Counted from the stretch's first letter, positions 1-12,722 are shown. The stretch: 64,000 nucleotides of DNA from Octopus vulgaris (GCA_951406725.2 OX597827.1:930001-994000); one strand, 5' to 3'. Translations and numbers: made by a program. Notes: generated from the sequence alone by a model not told the origin.

Positions 1-230
1 GAGATTTAGCCACGATCTCGCACTAAGTTGATCAAAATCACGAACAAATGGTGTTTGAATAATTCCGGTTTTACATTTCATTCGGAAGAAATTAAGGAAG
101 GAAAAAAAAAAGTGGACAGGAAAAAAGATCACAGAATAAATAAATAAATGAAACCCTTTGCAGACACCAAAGAAATGCAGCTTTCAGACATGTTGTCAAA
201 GATGGAGGATAAGAATTGTGGTTTAGATAG

Positions 231-426
<196 letters not shown>

Positions 427-641
427 GGCGGCGAGCCGGCAGAATCATTAGCGCGCTGGACGAAATGCTTCGCAGTATTTCGTCTGCTGCTATGTTCTGG
501 GTTCAAATTCCGCCGAGGTCGACTTTGTCTTTTATCCTTTTGAGGTCGATCAATTAAATACCAAATAAACACTAGGGTCGATGTAATCGACTTACCCTCT
601 CCCCCAAAATGGCTGCCCTTGTGGCAAAATTTGAAACCAAT
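427..641 (+). mobile_element. tRNA-derived SINE, family A
   Basis: Head GGCGGCGAGCCGGCAGAATC..., B-box-like GGGTTCAAATTCC; similar copies at about 2446, 18908 and 36848 on the minus strand. Confidence 0.85.
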
Positions 642-672
642 TTCATCATCATCATCATCATTATTATTATTA

Positions 673-782
673 TTGAGTGAGAGAGCAGTGCATGCCATCA
701 AAGTGACACTGAGGTAAAATATACGAAGCCCAGTATACCCATCATGACTACCCGACTGATAAGGGTACATCAGGCACATGCA
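673..782 (-). mobile_element. terminal fragment of a non-coding (TAA)n-associated retroelement
   Basis: Reverse complement of the 2325-2435 end of the longer copy; runs directly into (AAT)n on the minus strand. Confidence 0.75.
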
Positions 783-800
783 TCATCATCATCATCATCA

Positions 801-868
<68 letters not shown>

Positions 869-869
<1 letters not shown>

Positions 870-1555
870 TATGTTTGACTTTTGCTTTGTCTGTACAAGT
901 TGGCTCCAAGTCTCACCCAGAGACCTCAAGAGACAACAGGTTGGAAGTTCTGTGCCATATATTTGGGGTTTTTTTCCCCCTTTTTTTTTGGTGTTGTACT
1001 AGTGAATGTCTAATACATAAAAAAATAATAAAAAATAAAAATAAAAATTTTGTTTTAAACCTTGGGATTACATAGAGAGTATTTTGCGTAGGATATGAGC
1101 AGTTCCCATGAGCACTATCTTTTGAATTTCTGCCATTTTGGGGTTTCCTGGTATCTGAGTTAGGTAGCAATCAGTCCCTTTCGCTATCATTCCCAGGGCA
1201 CCTATGACAACAGGTATTGTTTTAGTCTTCAGCTTCCACATTTTGCTGATTTCTATTTCAAGATCTTTATATTTGCTCAGTTTTTGGTAGGTCTTGACAG
1301 ATACGTTTATATCGATTGGGACAGTCATATCAATGAGGAGGCATGTTCTTTGTCTGAAGTCTTTCAATATAATGTCTGGCCTATTTGCATCTATCTTCCT
1401 GTCAGTTTGAATGGTGAAGTTCCAGAGGAGTGAGATGTGGTCATTTTCAAGCACAGGAGGTGGATTGTGCTCCCACCAGTTTTTTTTCATGGGGCAAATC
1501 CAGGTTTTTGCAAATTACCCAGTGAATATATTGTGCAGCTCTATCATGCCTACTG
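869..1555 (-). mobile_element. 5'-truncated R4/Dong-like RLE non-LTR retrotransposon (endonuclease domain plus 3' UTR)
   Basis: RHDRAAQYIHW...WNFTIQTDRKIDANRPDII...LIDMTVP...KLSKYKDL...IPVVIGALG...ILRKILSM* is a PD-(D/E)xK RLE domain; one frameshift in the T-run near 1480; (TAA)n on both flanks. Confidence 0.85.
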
Positions 1556-1706
<151 letters not shown>

Positions 1707-1824
1707 GGGTTCTTGGCATCTAAGGTTACTTGCTGCCACTTTTTGTCACCTCCGTCACTCTCACATCACGTGTAAACACGCTCACCAAACTGACAAAGCG
1801 CTGGACTACACCTGAGTAAGAAAT

Positions 1825-1915
1825 GCTCATTAAAAGTAAGGGGTCTTACCTTAGTTCACTGGTAGTGAACAGCTGACGCCGTTGTACATTTACAGCTTTA
1901 GAAGCTGTGCAAAGG
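1825..1915 (+). mobile_element. 3' end of a second RLE (Dong-like) family
   Basis: Matches 24820-24907 (TTAGTTCACTGGTAGTGAACAGCTGAC...AGAAGCTGTGCAAAGG); followed by (TAA)n. Confidence 0.75.
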
Positions 1916-1923
1916 TAATAATG

Positions 1924-1979
<56 letters not shown>

Positions 1980-1982
<3 letters not shown>

Positions 1983-2435
1983 CTACAGCAAATATTCTGC
2001 TCAATACCACAGATTTGCTTGTCAGTTGTTTCACCTAAACCAGTTGAGCATGTTCCTTGGTGGCTGACGATATGTGCATCTCTGATCACGAGCATAAGTA
2101 GTGTGGAAATATCATAGCCATGAGAGGGATTCTTTGGGGTTTGAATAATTCATCTCTGGAAACATGGGTGGTTCGTTCAACATCCTTAAACAACCCTTAT
2201 TCAGGGATCTTTTGACCGGGATGGGCTACCCAACCTGAAGAAAATTCTAACCGGGCTCTATCCGCAAGGTCATGCGCTGTTAATCTTGATATGAGATCAC
2301 CATGTCGCGCACATGTGGTTGTGATGCATGTGCCTGGTGTACCCTTATCAGACAGGTAGTCATGATGGGTATATTGGGCTTTGTATATTTGTACCCCTGT
2401 GTCACTTTGATGGCATGCACTGCTAACTCACTCAA
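1980..2435 (+). mobile_element. non-coding (TAA)n-flanked retroelement, probably non-autonomous or a UTR remnant
   Basis: (TAA)n on both sides; homologous pieces at 673-782 and 61190-61380; no credible ORF. Confidence 0.7.
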
Positions 2436-2445
2436 TAATAATAAT

Positions 2446-2631
2446 CCTTTCTGCTATAGGCACAAGACCTGAAATCCATTGACTTCAGAGTTCGACTGGT
2501 GATTAATTTATCGACCCCGAAAGAATGAACAGCAAAGTCTACCTTGGAGGAATTTGAACACAGAAAGTAAAATCGGATGAAATGCCACTAAGCATTTTGC
2601 GAAGCTAACGATTCTGACAGCTCGCAACCTT
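2446..2631 (-). mobile_element. tRNA-derived SINE, family A (diverged)
   Basis: Reverse-complement similarity to 427-641. Confidence 0.75.
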
Positions 2632-2659
2632 AACAACAGCAACGATAATACTAATCATC

Positions 2660-3580
2660 TTTCTTTATTTGCCACAAGAGTTGCGAGGAATATTTAGGAC
2701 AGTACAAATATAAAGGACAGATAAGTTTTACATGAAAAAAGAAAAAAAAACAACGTAAGCAAAAAACAATAGCAGGGGTGAAAACGTCACCTAGAGTCAA
2801 CCAAGGAATCCGACAGACCTCAAGCCACTCTACTCACAAGGTGTACCATGGTATGTGCTCCTCTCTCCTCCGTACTTCTCAGCCTACAGGCGCCCAGCTT
2901 AGACTAGGCTCACTTACTCCGGCCTCAACAAATTTATTAGGGTCAACACATCCATCTCAACCCTATCTTCTTTTTCAAATGGAATTTTAAAAAGTCGATG
3001 AAGGCTTCACCGAAGAGAGAATTGTTTTTTAGTCCCGTTCACCGCACTCTATCTTTCATCACTAGACATAAGAAAAATGCTTGCCCTTCTCGACCAAAGG
3101 AAAGTGGTGGGGCGATCTTCTCGGTGGAGTCAACCGATAGTCATATCCGCCCGACGCATAATAGCAGCTGTTCGACATATCTCTACGTCAACAATATTCG
3201 ATCATTGTAAGAACGCGTGTAGGACGGTTTTGTCGTTCTGCGCCCATCTCAACTAGCCGCAGCTGATGGCACAACCACACCCATAGAATTTATCCTGAAG
3301 AGTCAATGTCCCACTCCTTACCCATTAGCACTACCAGGCCAGGGATTTCTTGAAGTTATCCATGGGCTCTAGCACAAAAGTCCTCTGAAAAAGACCAGTC
3401 AGTTGACTTTCTTCGACACCCAAATTTTCCCCGAGGACATCGTTGCTCTTATCCACCGCTACTCCTCTGAATAACGCCATAGTGGAGCATCCGTCGACCG
3501 GATTGTCTGATTGGTAGAAGGCCTGTGAGCGCCTGACCGTACTTAACGCACTGGGAATCCTTTCTTGGCCTGGCACAAAG
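2660..3580 (-). mobile_element. degenerate Tx1/L1-clade LINE ORF2 C-terminus and 3' end
   Basis: Minus-strand translation MDNFKKSLAW*C...QDKFY...NDKTVLHAF...YVEQLL...KIAPP...FLKFHLKKK resembles the L1/Tx1 zinc-knuckle C-terminus; many stops. Confidence 0.6.
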
Positions 3581-4249
3581 ACTGCAGTAAGAAGTGAGAA
3601 AAAAGGCTAAAAATGAAAATTAAGAAAAAAAGTTAAGTAATTCGATCGGAATGATCGGAATTCGGATCAGAGAGAAAGCATTAGTTTATACAATGAAGGT
3701 AATGGTGATGGTGGTGGTGGACGTGGTTGGAGGTGACGGGACAGAAAGTGAAAGTAGAAAGAAGAAAAAATAAGGAAAATATAATTATATAACGTGATTA
3801 CGGAATTCGGCGGAGGATCAAATCTTTAGAGTAACAATACCGGAAATAAATAAATAAATAAATAAATAAATAAAAAAAAAAAAAATAAATAAATAAAATA
3901 ATCGCCTGATATCTTATGATCCATGGTGAATATTACGCGGATGGTTATCATCACCTTATCGTGACAATTTCAAAGGATTTAGAAAGAAGAGCCGAGTAGA
4001 TGATCTCTTTAAACAAATAAACCAAACACAACAACAACAACTAAACCGCAGCGAGACTCAAAAGTCCATCACTCCCTCTCTCTCCCTCTTTCCCTCCACC
4101 TCTCTTTCTCCCTCTTCCCTCACTCCCTCTCTGCTCCCCCCTCTCTCTCTCATCTTTTACGCACGTCCTCGCTTTCACAGTCTTAGCCTTTGGAAAGGAA
4201 GTGAGGAAGAATTATTATTTTGCGTTTGTATTAGTTTGTTTGATGTCAA

Positions 4250-4512
4250 TGTAGTAGTAGCAGTAGTAATGATGGTGGCTCTAGTGGTAGTACTAGCATT
4301 AGTAGTGGTGGTAATAGTGCTTGTGGTGGTAGTTGTAGTAGTAGTAGTTGTTAGTGGTGTTGGTAATAGTAGTGGTGGTGATAGCTGTAGCGGTGGTACT
4401 GGTAGTAGTAGTAGTAATAGTAGTAGTAACAGTAGTAGTAGTACTGGTTGTGGTGATAGTTATCGTAGTAGTAGTAGTAGTAACAGTAGTAGTAGTAGTA
4501 GTAGTAGTAGTT

Positions 4513-4560
<48 letters not shown>

Positions 4561-4634
4561 ATGGTGGTGGTGGTGATCGTTGTAGAATTAGTAGTAATGG
4601 TTCTGCTGCTGCTGTTACTACAACAACAACAACA

Positions 4635-4707
<73 letters not shown>

Positions 4708-4745
4708 GTAGTAGTAGTAGTAGTGGTAGTAGTAGTAGCTGTTGC
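4250..4745. repeat. compound (GTA)n/(GTG)n/(CAA)n/(CTA)n microsatellite
   Basis: Visible runs; the (AGT)n and (ACT)n blocks are mutually inverted. Confidence 0.9.
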
Positions 4746-5089
4746 TGTGGTTTTTTCCCCTCTTTTTTCCTCCAATTTCGTTCCTTTATCTTTTTCTTCT
4801 TTCTTTTCCCCCTTCCTTTCTTTTGCTTTGTACAAAGGTTTAAGATTAGCTGAGAAAATGGCTTGAAACATCTTGGTTTTTCCTTTATTTGTTCCTGTTG
4901 TTCCTGCTGTTGTCGTTGGCGGTGGTGGTGGTGTCGACGTTGTCCTTGTTTATTGCTTTCGTGTCCCCTTTCCAGCCGCCAACACCTTACCCACTATTTT
5001 ACCATTTCATATGCGTGCACGCGCACATGCCTACATTTGTGTGTATATATTTCTTTGCTGTGTCTCTGTAACTCCATGTCTGCATGCGT

Positions 5090-6050
5090 ATCAGTATGTA
5101 TGTATGTATGCATGTATGCATGTATGTATGTATGTATGTATGTATGTATGTATGTATGTATGTATGTATGTATGTATGTATGTATGTATGTATGTGTGTA
5201 TGTATGTATGTATGTATGTATGTATGTATGTATGTATGTATGTGTGTATGTATGTATGTATGTATGTATGTATGTATGTATGTATGTATGTATGTATGTA
5301 TGTATGTATGTATGTATGTGTGTATGCATGTATGTATGTATGTAAGATGTCTGTCTGACTGTATATATATATATATATGTGTGTGTGTACATGTGTGCAT
5401 GCATGTATGTATGCTTATATGTAAGTTTACCTGTCTGTCTGCCTGTCTGTCTGTCTGTTTGTATGCATGTATTTGCATGCGCGTCTGTGCATGTGTATTC
5501 ATGTGCGTTTCTATTAGCGTGTGCGTATTACTATCTGTATATAATTGTCTGTATCTCTATGTATGTATTTGTGTGTGCAAATGTGTCTGCATATGTGTAT
5601 ATGTTTGCGTGTGGACGTATGTGTGTGCGTATGTGTGTGTATTTGCACGTGTAGTGTCTCAGTGTTTGTATTTGCATGTTTCTACGTGTGCATCGTGTGT
5701 ATAACTGTGACTGCATATATGTGTACGTGTATATATATGTGTGTGTGTATGTGTGAGTGTGTGTCTGTATCTTTATGTATGAATGTATGCATTTGTGTGT
5801 GTAAATGTGTCTTCGTGTATGTGTATGTACGTGTGTATTTGCATGTGCATGTGTCTCGGCTTTTGTATCTGCATATTTCTATGCATTATGTGCAATAATA
5901 TGACTGCGTATATGCATGTATGGTTGAATGTATGCAAGAGTGTGTGCGTGTGATGGAAAGAGAAAGAGAGAGAGAGAATGTGTTGGTATGTGTGTGTGTG
6001 TCTTTAAGTGTATGTGTATCCGTGTTCGTGTGCGCATGTGTGATGTGCGT
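5090..6050. repeat. (TATG)n and degenerate (TG)n low-complexity tract
   Basis: Visible runs. Confidence 0.9.
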
Positions 6051-6191
6051 GAGGTGAAAGACGATCAGAAATACTTGTTTGCTGAAGCGGAAACTATCAA
6101 AGACTAGCAGCTATAGTTGAGTGGTTTATCGAAGAATAGGTCTTAAGTAGTGAGTGGCATTGGTAATTCTTTTAGAAGAAAAGGTGGGAAG

Positions 6192-6341
6192 ATGAGAAGA
6201 TTAGTGCGAAGAATAAAACATGGTTTTAGAAGTGATTCAGCTCTCAGAGCTAATGATGGGGTTGGAAATGAAGAAAGAAGGGTGGATGGTGACCAAAGGG
6301 AATATTTTTCGCGACGACCCTCGACACATTCTTTTCTTGTG
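6192..6341 (+). CDS. candidate short ATG-initiated coding exon (unverified)
   Basis: AAGATGA start context; 50 non-repetitive codons MRRLVRRIKHGF...RRPSTHSFLV; followed by GTAATG, a possible phase-0 donor. Confidence 0.2.
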
Positions 6342-6371
6342 GTAATGTGTCCTAAGTTAAGACAACGGAAC

Positions 6372-6775
6372 AACATGGCTGATTGCATAAGGTTAACTTA
6401 GAATACAGAGTTCAAATTTTCCAATGAATACAGTTTTCTCGAAGTACTGAAGCTGTCTTACTCTAAAAGAAGATGCGTGGTCTAGTGGCTATGGTGTTGT
6501 AATCACCATCGTAAAAGCGTGGTTTCGATTCCGTGTTGTTCAACAGAACATGGATGATTGCATAAGATTAATCTAGAATACAGAATTCAAATTCCCCATT
6601 AAATATAGTTTTCTAGAAACACTGAAGATGTCTTGCTCTAGATGAAGGAGCGTAGCCTAGTGGTTAAGCTGTTACGCTCTGATCGTAAATTTGCGGTTTC
6701 GATTCCCGGACCGGACCGGACTGGATGTCACGTTGTGTTCTTGAGCAAAAGACTTCATTTCATGTTACTCTGCAA
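6372..6775 (+). repeat. 175-bp tandem duplication including a tRNA-SINE head (family C-like)
   Basis: AACATGG.TGATTGCATAAG..AGAATACAGA..TAGTGG..GGTTTCGATTCC occurs at 6372 and 6547. Confidence 0.75.
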
Positions 6776-7130
6776 TGACGTCATGTTTCTAAATCAATAG
6801 CCTTCATCAGAACGACCATTGTTCGACCTGATCTCCAGTAGACAAAGGACTTAGATTAATAAAAAAAAAACATATTAGAAACCAGGTATGGTCCAGGCAA
6901 TTTGCATAATTTCAACAAAAATTAGTTAAGAGGAATAACTCAAAGTGGCCAGTGGCATATATTTAAATTATTCAGACAAATACCTGAAATACCGGCACAG
7001 TAAATACCATACAACATCTTGATTTATTAAAATTATGTCCGTCTCTTGAGGATAAATCATATTTTACAAATGGTAGTTGTGAACAGCTCTAATTGAGAGG
7101 GGGAGACAATCACAAGATTCAAGAATTCTT

Positions 7131-7161
<31 letters not shown>

Positions 7162-7275
7162 TGTACATAGGTATCTATATGTCATATGCGTTCTCATATA
7201 CATATATGTGTGCATGCATGCATGTGTGTGTGTGTGTGTTTGTATGTGTATCATTAATTATGCATGTACGAGTGT

Positions 7276-7329
<54 letters not shown>

Positions 7330-7332
<3 letters not shown>

Positions 7333-7980
7333 GTGGCGGCTCGTGTATAGGAACTGCAGAACCCCTATTTCCACTCGATATTATCGGCAACATTCAATAT
7401 AATGAGTCCTTTTTTCGCTAATTCCTTCTTTGTATTTGTACATTATATAATCCTTAAGCTAAATGTCAGTAGCCATCCCCTAGTTTATGAAAAAAATACA
7501 AAAATCTTTGAATAAAACTGTGCGCTTCAGTTCTAGCGACGAGGTGTTTGACTGTTGTGCGCATGCGCACATGTCCGAGATAGGAAGCTTCACGCTTGGG
7601 AGAGAGAGAGAGAGAGTACTGCGTGAACGATAGCGCCGGGTGAAAGGTAGTGTTTCTCTTTGACTCTGCGTGTGTTGTGCTTAAAAACATGTTTATATTA
7701 TTGAATGTGATAAAGTGTAGAATTAGATTATTATCCTGTTTCCAGCTTCAGTGTTGCTGTCAGGGCACGTCTCACCCCCTTATTTTGTGATTTAGGAGGG
7801 ATTTTTGAAAAACAAGGGGGAATTCACGGCGGTGTTCTATGAACAAAGTAGGCACACTACCCGGAAGTGGCTAAAAAGTGAACCGATCAAGTTTATGAAA
7901 TTTTCTTTTTATACGTTTGTTTCCTTTTACACAATATTAAAACAACGGCTAAAAATTTTCTGAAGCAGCACCCACCACTA
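7330..7980. mobile_element. possible hAT-like non-autonomous DNA element
   Basis: Starts CAGTGGCGGCTCG (hAT-like TIR); only a degenerate CCCACCACTA right end. Confidence 0.3.
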
Positions 7981-8057
7981 ATCTTATCTACGATCCATCA
8001 CTGTATATATGCGTACATGTTTGTATATATGTATTGTATATATTCAGCGACACTCTC

Positions 8058-8178
<121 letters not shown>

Positions 8179-8820
8179 TGTGTGTGTGTGTAAATGCACA
8201 CAAAATTTTCTTTGTATATTTACTTATTGAGTGACATAACAAAGAAGCTATGTGGAAAATATGAATTACCCATGTGACATTGTAATCATTTTTATAATTT
8301 GTATCCAGAGAAATACTATTATCACTAGTTATACAAATCCACAACTCTTCTATCAGTAACTAGTTTGATTAATACCAACGCACAAAACTCTCGGCCCTTG
8401 AGTCAATCTGTTGCTTCTACTCAAAGTAAATATAAATATATCTTTATATATAAATGCAAACATATGGACATGTTTTTTTTGGCAAATTTGAGAACATTAC
8501 CCTCTCCGGAGTCAGCAGCTGTATCGCAGACTTTAGACACCTTCCGTACATTCTATATCAACTAGCTTCATAACTTTACGGTCAAAGAGGCGTACTTTTT
8601 TTCTCACCTTTTCTTTTACTCTTCCACTTTTTGCATCCATCTCTCTCTCCTTTTTTTCTCGTGACTTTTCTTGTTCAATTGTCCTGATTTGTAACTTGTA
8701 CAGGTCATGTACTCAGAGCCCGAAGATTGATTGGCGACACTAGGGTGGTATTAAAAATCGCTTAGAAAACATCTCCGCTATATGAAATTATTAGTAGCTC
8801 GTGACTATATATAATGCAAA

Positions 8821-9003
8821 TTGTTTCAGTCATTTGATTTAAGCCATGCTGGAGTACCGCCTTCAGTCGAACAGATCGACCCCAGGACTTATTCTTTGTA
8901 AGCCTAGTAGTTGTTCTATCAGTCTCTTTTGCCGGACCGCTAATTTAAGGGGACGTAAACACACCATCATCGGTGTCAAGCGATAGTGGGAGACAAACAC
9001 ATA
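8821..9003 (-). mobile_element. SINE family B, 3' module
   Basis: Reverse complement of the 3' half of 14035-14485. Confidence 0.8.
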
Positions 9004-9175
9004 AATACATACACACGTACACACACACACATATACATATGCATGTATATATACATACATACATACATACATATATAAATACATATGTATATATATATGT
9101 ACAGTCCTACTGCGTTGCACCTCGGGCAGGTGTCTTCTACTATAGCTTCGGTAGACGGAAACTGAAAGAAGCCCG

Positions 9176-9222
<47 letters not shown>

Positions 9223-9224
9223 TA

Positions 9225-9600
9225 TGGCTGAGTTGTTTAAGATGCTCGATTTGCAACCACCTGGTTTCGTGTTCACTTCCAACGAGCCACACCTTGAGCA
9301 AGTGTCTTCTGCTGCAGCCTCCGGTTGACCAATACCTTGTATGAGTCTTTGGTAACAAACATACACACGCATGTGTATGTATGTGTGCTTATTTTTAACT
9401 CCAATCAACCACTTGACAATCGGTGTTGGTTTGTTTACGTTCATGTATCTTAACGGTCCAACAAAAACAGTGATAGAACGTACAAGACTTTTAAAGGAAA
9501 ACAAAAACGAACAAAATTAGTGCTGGAGTCGATTTCTTCAACAAAATCCATCAAGGGAGTGTTCCAGCATGGCCGCAGTTCAATGACTAAACTAAGTTAT
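9225..9600 (+). mobile_element. SINE family B (diverged)
   Basis: CCTTGAGCAAGTGTCTTCT core and CCAGCATGGCCGCAGT tail. Confidence 0.75.
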
Positions 9601-9941
9601 AAAAAATATAAAAGATATATATACTTGCATGTGGTTGTGCAGGTAGGTGTGCACATATTACAAGTATTAAATGATCACGAGTGAAGGTGTCTTCGCATCG
9701 TGGCCACAAATAGTTACCAAAAAAGAAGAAAAAAATAACGAACAGAGAAAAATGATGCTTTAATAATATTCTTCTATTTAGAATTCTCCAGAATTTAGCA
9801 TTCTGGTTACTTAGTATTCAAGCCACGACGTAGTTCTAACACTCTAATGGCATTAGAGAAAACCAGTCAGCCAATTCCATCCACTCGGTGACAAACAATC
9901 AAAGCTACTTTAGAGGAAACTTAGCTACAGACAGTTCTTCG

Positions 9942-10056
<115 letters not shown>

Positions 10057-10289
10057 TAATAATAATAATAATAATAATAAAGTTGACAATGATGATGATG
10101 ATGATGATGATAATCTGTGCTAGCAGTGATCTTGCTTTTATAAATCCGTAGATCAGGTCACTTAACTAAATATTGTCCAGTGACCTAACTAACTGACCTG
10201 TGATGTGGTTACTATACCACGTGACACGAGGTGAGTGTATGAAGACGATGACGTGATGACTGCTGCGTCTGAGAATTGTTAATTCTGAG

Positions 10290-10870
10290 ATGGGGGATAA
10301 TGTTGTTGCTTGGTTGTATAGGGGTGTTGTGAAGAGGTGTTGGTTTGTTGTGAGGTTTATGTGCTAGTATTGTGTTGTGCTGGAGTTGCAGTGATATAGA
10401 GGAGTGTTGGTGTATTGTGTGGGCGTGTGGGTACGTTGTGCTGGTGATATTGATGCGTTGTGTAATGGTGGTGTTGTGTCGTAATGTATTATGTTGTGGC
10501 GTTGATGTGTTGTGAGGTGGTGTTGATTTGCTGTAGCGCTTATGTGTTAGTGTGTTGTGATGTTGATTAGTGGTGTTGGCGTGTTGTGAGGTGGTGTTGT
10601 GTTGATGTGTTGTGAGATGGTGTTGTGCGATATTGTAGTGTTGTGTTGTGTTGTGGCGCTGAGGTGTTGTGCGACGATGTTGCTTTGTTGTGGCGTTGTT
10701 TTGAGGTGTTGTGTTGTGGCATTGTTGTGTTGTATTGTGACGCTGTGTTGTGGTGTTGCGTTGTGTGTTGGTATTGTGTTGTAGTGTTGTGTGATGTTGC
10801 AGTGTTGATGTGTTGTGCTGTGCTGTTGTTATGCTGTCTAATGATGTTGGTATTAGCATTTTATGTGGCA
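10290..10870. repeat. degenerate (TTGTG)n pentanucleotide satellite
   Basis: Recurrent GTGTT/TTGTG units. Confidence 0.8.
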
Positions 10871-11398
10871 TGGCTGTTCTTAAAGAAATATAAATAGGAG
10901 ATAATAACACAAAGATAAATGACCTGAAATACTTCTAATATAGGCCAAACAGTTTTCTTACTCTGGTTTGCTCTCTTTTCTATTCATCTAAGTCGTTTGA
11001 CAACAATTATTATTCTGACAGAGGCTATTGACTCAGAAACACAGGTCCACGACTGTCCCCTTATCGCTAGACAACTATTCTGTCCCTTTCTTTCATAGTA
11101 TATCAATTATTGAAAATTTTTATATGTTAAGATTATCTCTCCTTCTCAAAACGGGGTTGTCATAATTGCTATTCTGTAATTATGATAGATCATCTGGAGA
11201 CTGAGATAATTTTAATGAATCGAGAAGTTTTGCTCTATCGTATTTAGCATACCTGTACTTCTCTCCACCTCTCTCCACCCTCTCACTTTCTTTACATATA
11301 CGTACATACATACATACATACATATATATGTATGTATGTATGTATGTATTTATGTATGTATGTATGTATGTATGTATGTATGTATGTATGTATGTATG

Positions 11399-11477
<79 letters not shown>

Positions 11478-11714
11478 TTATGTTTCTCTTCTATGTGTAT
11501 TCTACTGACGAGGCAAAGCATTACCAACTGCAAAGTCAGAAATCCTGGATCTAGAATTATCCAGTAATTTTTTACTAGTTTCATCTTGTTTCTTTGTTTT
11601 CTCTCCGTGTTGATATATGAACAATTAAGGTGGTTTTAGAATCAGATCATTGCTGCTATTTTCAGCATGGTGGTATCTCGTAGATACCCTAATTTATAAT
11701 TTTAATATATATAA

Positions 11715-11970
11715 ATTAGAAGCTGGGATCAGCAAGCGTAGATTGGTATATTTCGGTCATATTATGCGGAGAGAATCCCTGGAGAAGGACATCATGCTCG
11801 GAATGGTCAGTGGCAAGAGAGGGAGAGGCCGACCAAGAACCCGCTGGCTTGACACCATCAGGAGTGATATCGGAATGGACATGGCCAATCTGAAGGAAGC
11901 GGCCCAGGATAGAACTGACTGGAGGACACTGATCCAATGAGTGACCGAGAGTCGACTTCGACTGAGCGGA
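11715..11970 (+). mobile_element. RTE-clade (BovB-like) LINE 3' fragment
   Basis: RLVYFGHIMRRESLEKDIMLGMVSGKRGRGRPRTRWLD...AQDRTDWR is a typical RTE C-terminus. Confidence 0.85.
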
Positions 11971-12263
11971 TATATATATATATATATTATCATTTTACTA
12001 AATAAATAAATAAGTTAACATAATATAATGTCTAAAAGTTGATGAACCACCTATGGACCCCCCCCCCGCCACTATTTTGTTATTGCTATAAAAATTAATG
12101 GTAAAATATCTCTTTACCTTCACCCATTTAGTACACTCGATGATGTAATTGCAATGCAATAAAAAGCACTTGTGTATTAATAATTGGGTATTCTACCAGC
12201 AGTATATTGGATAGATATTATCCCTTAGTGGGTTGGATTCACAACCTCTAACTTTCTTGGAGT

Positions 12264-12298
<35 letters not shown>

Positions 12299-12329
12299 TT
12301 ATTTATTTATTTATATATATATATATTAT

Positions 12330-12533
12330 ATAGTGAACCCAAACAAAGAAGAAGAAACAAGAGAAAACAATAACGCGAGGATGTGGTTCAAATACTGTAT
12401 TATCAGACGCTCAGGAAAGGAAGGAAAGAGGATTTAACGTTTCGAGCCTTGCTCTTCTTCAGAAATAGAGGCAAGTCCAAAGGAAGGGAAGACGGAGGAA
12501 GAAAATCGCCAACGATACACACGCGGTTACATT

Positions 12534-12540
<7 letters not shown>
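12330..12540 (-). mobile_element. short PLE-type unit in (TA)n carrying a minimal hammerhead
   Basis: Homologous to 55720-55925; flanked by (TA)n. Confidence 0.6.
12432..12466 (-). ncRNA. minimal type I hammerhead ribozyme motif
   Basis: Minus: ATTT CTGAAGA A GAGC-AAG-GCTC GAAA CG TT AAAT; stem III replaced by the palindrome AACGTT. Confidence 0.6.
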
Positions 12541-12613
<73 letters not shown>

Positions 12614-12619
<6 letters not shown>

Positions 12620-12722
12620 TAGTAAAAAGTGAAAAAACTACAGAAGCCTTCTGTAGTTTTTTCACTTTTTACTATTTTCTATATATTTAACCACGTGCTT
12701 TCACACACCGACTTTCTCACCT
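12614..12722 (+). mobile_element. fold-back remnant of the Penelope-like element 3' end
   Basis: Perfect 33-bp inverted repeat with a 1-nt spacer (12614-12646 and 12648-12680); right arm plus tail matches 29004-29080. Confidence 0.8.

Noticed and set aside
6775-6815. Minus-strand CTGATGA...GAAAC as a hammerhead
   Set aside because: Stems I and II do not pair convincingly
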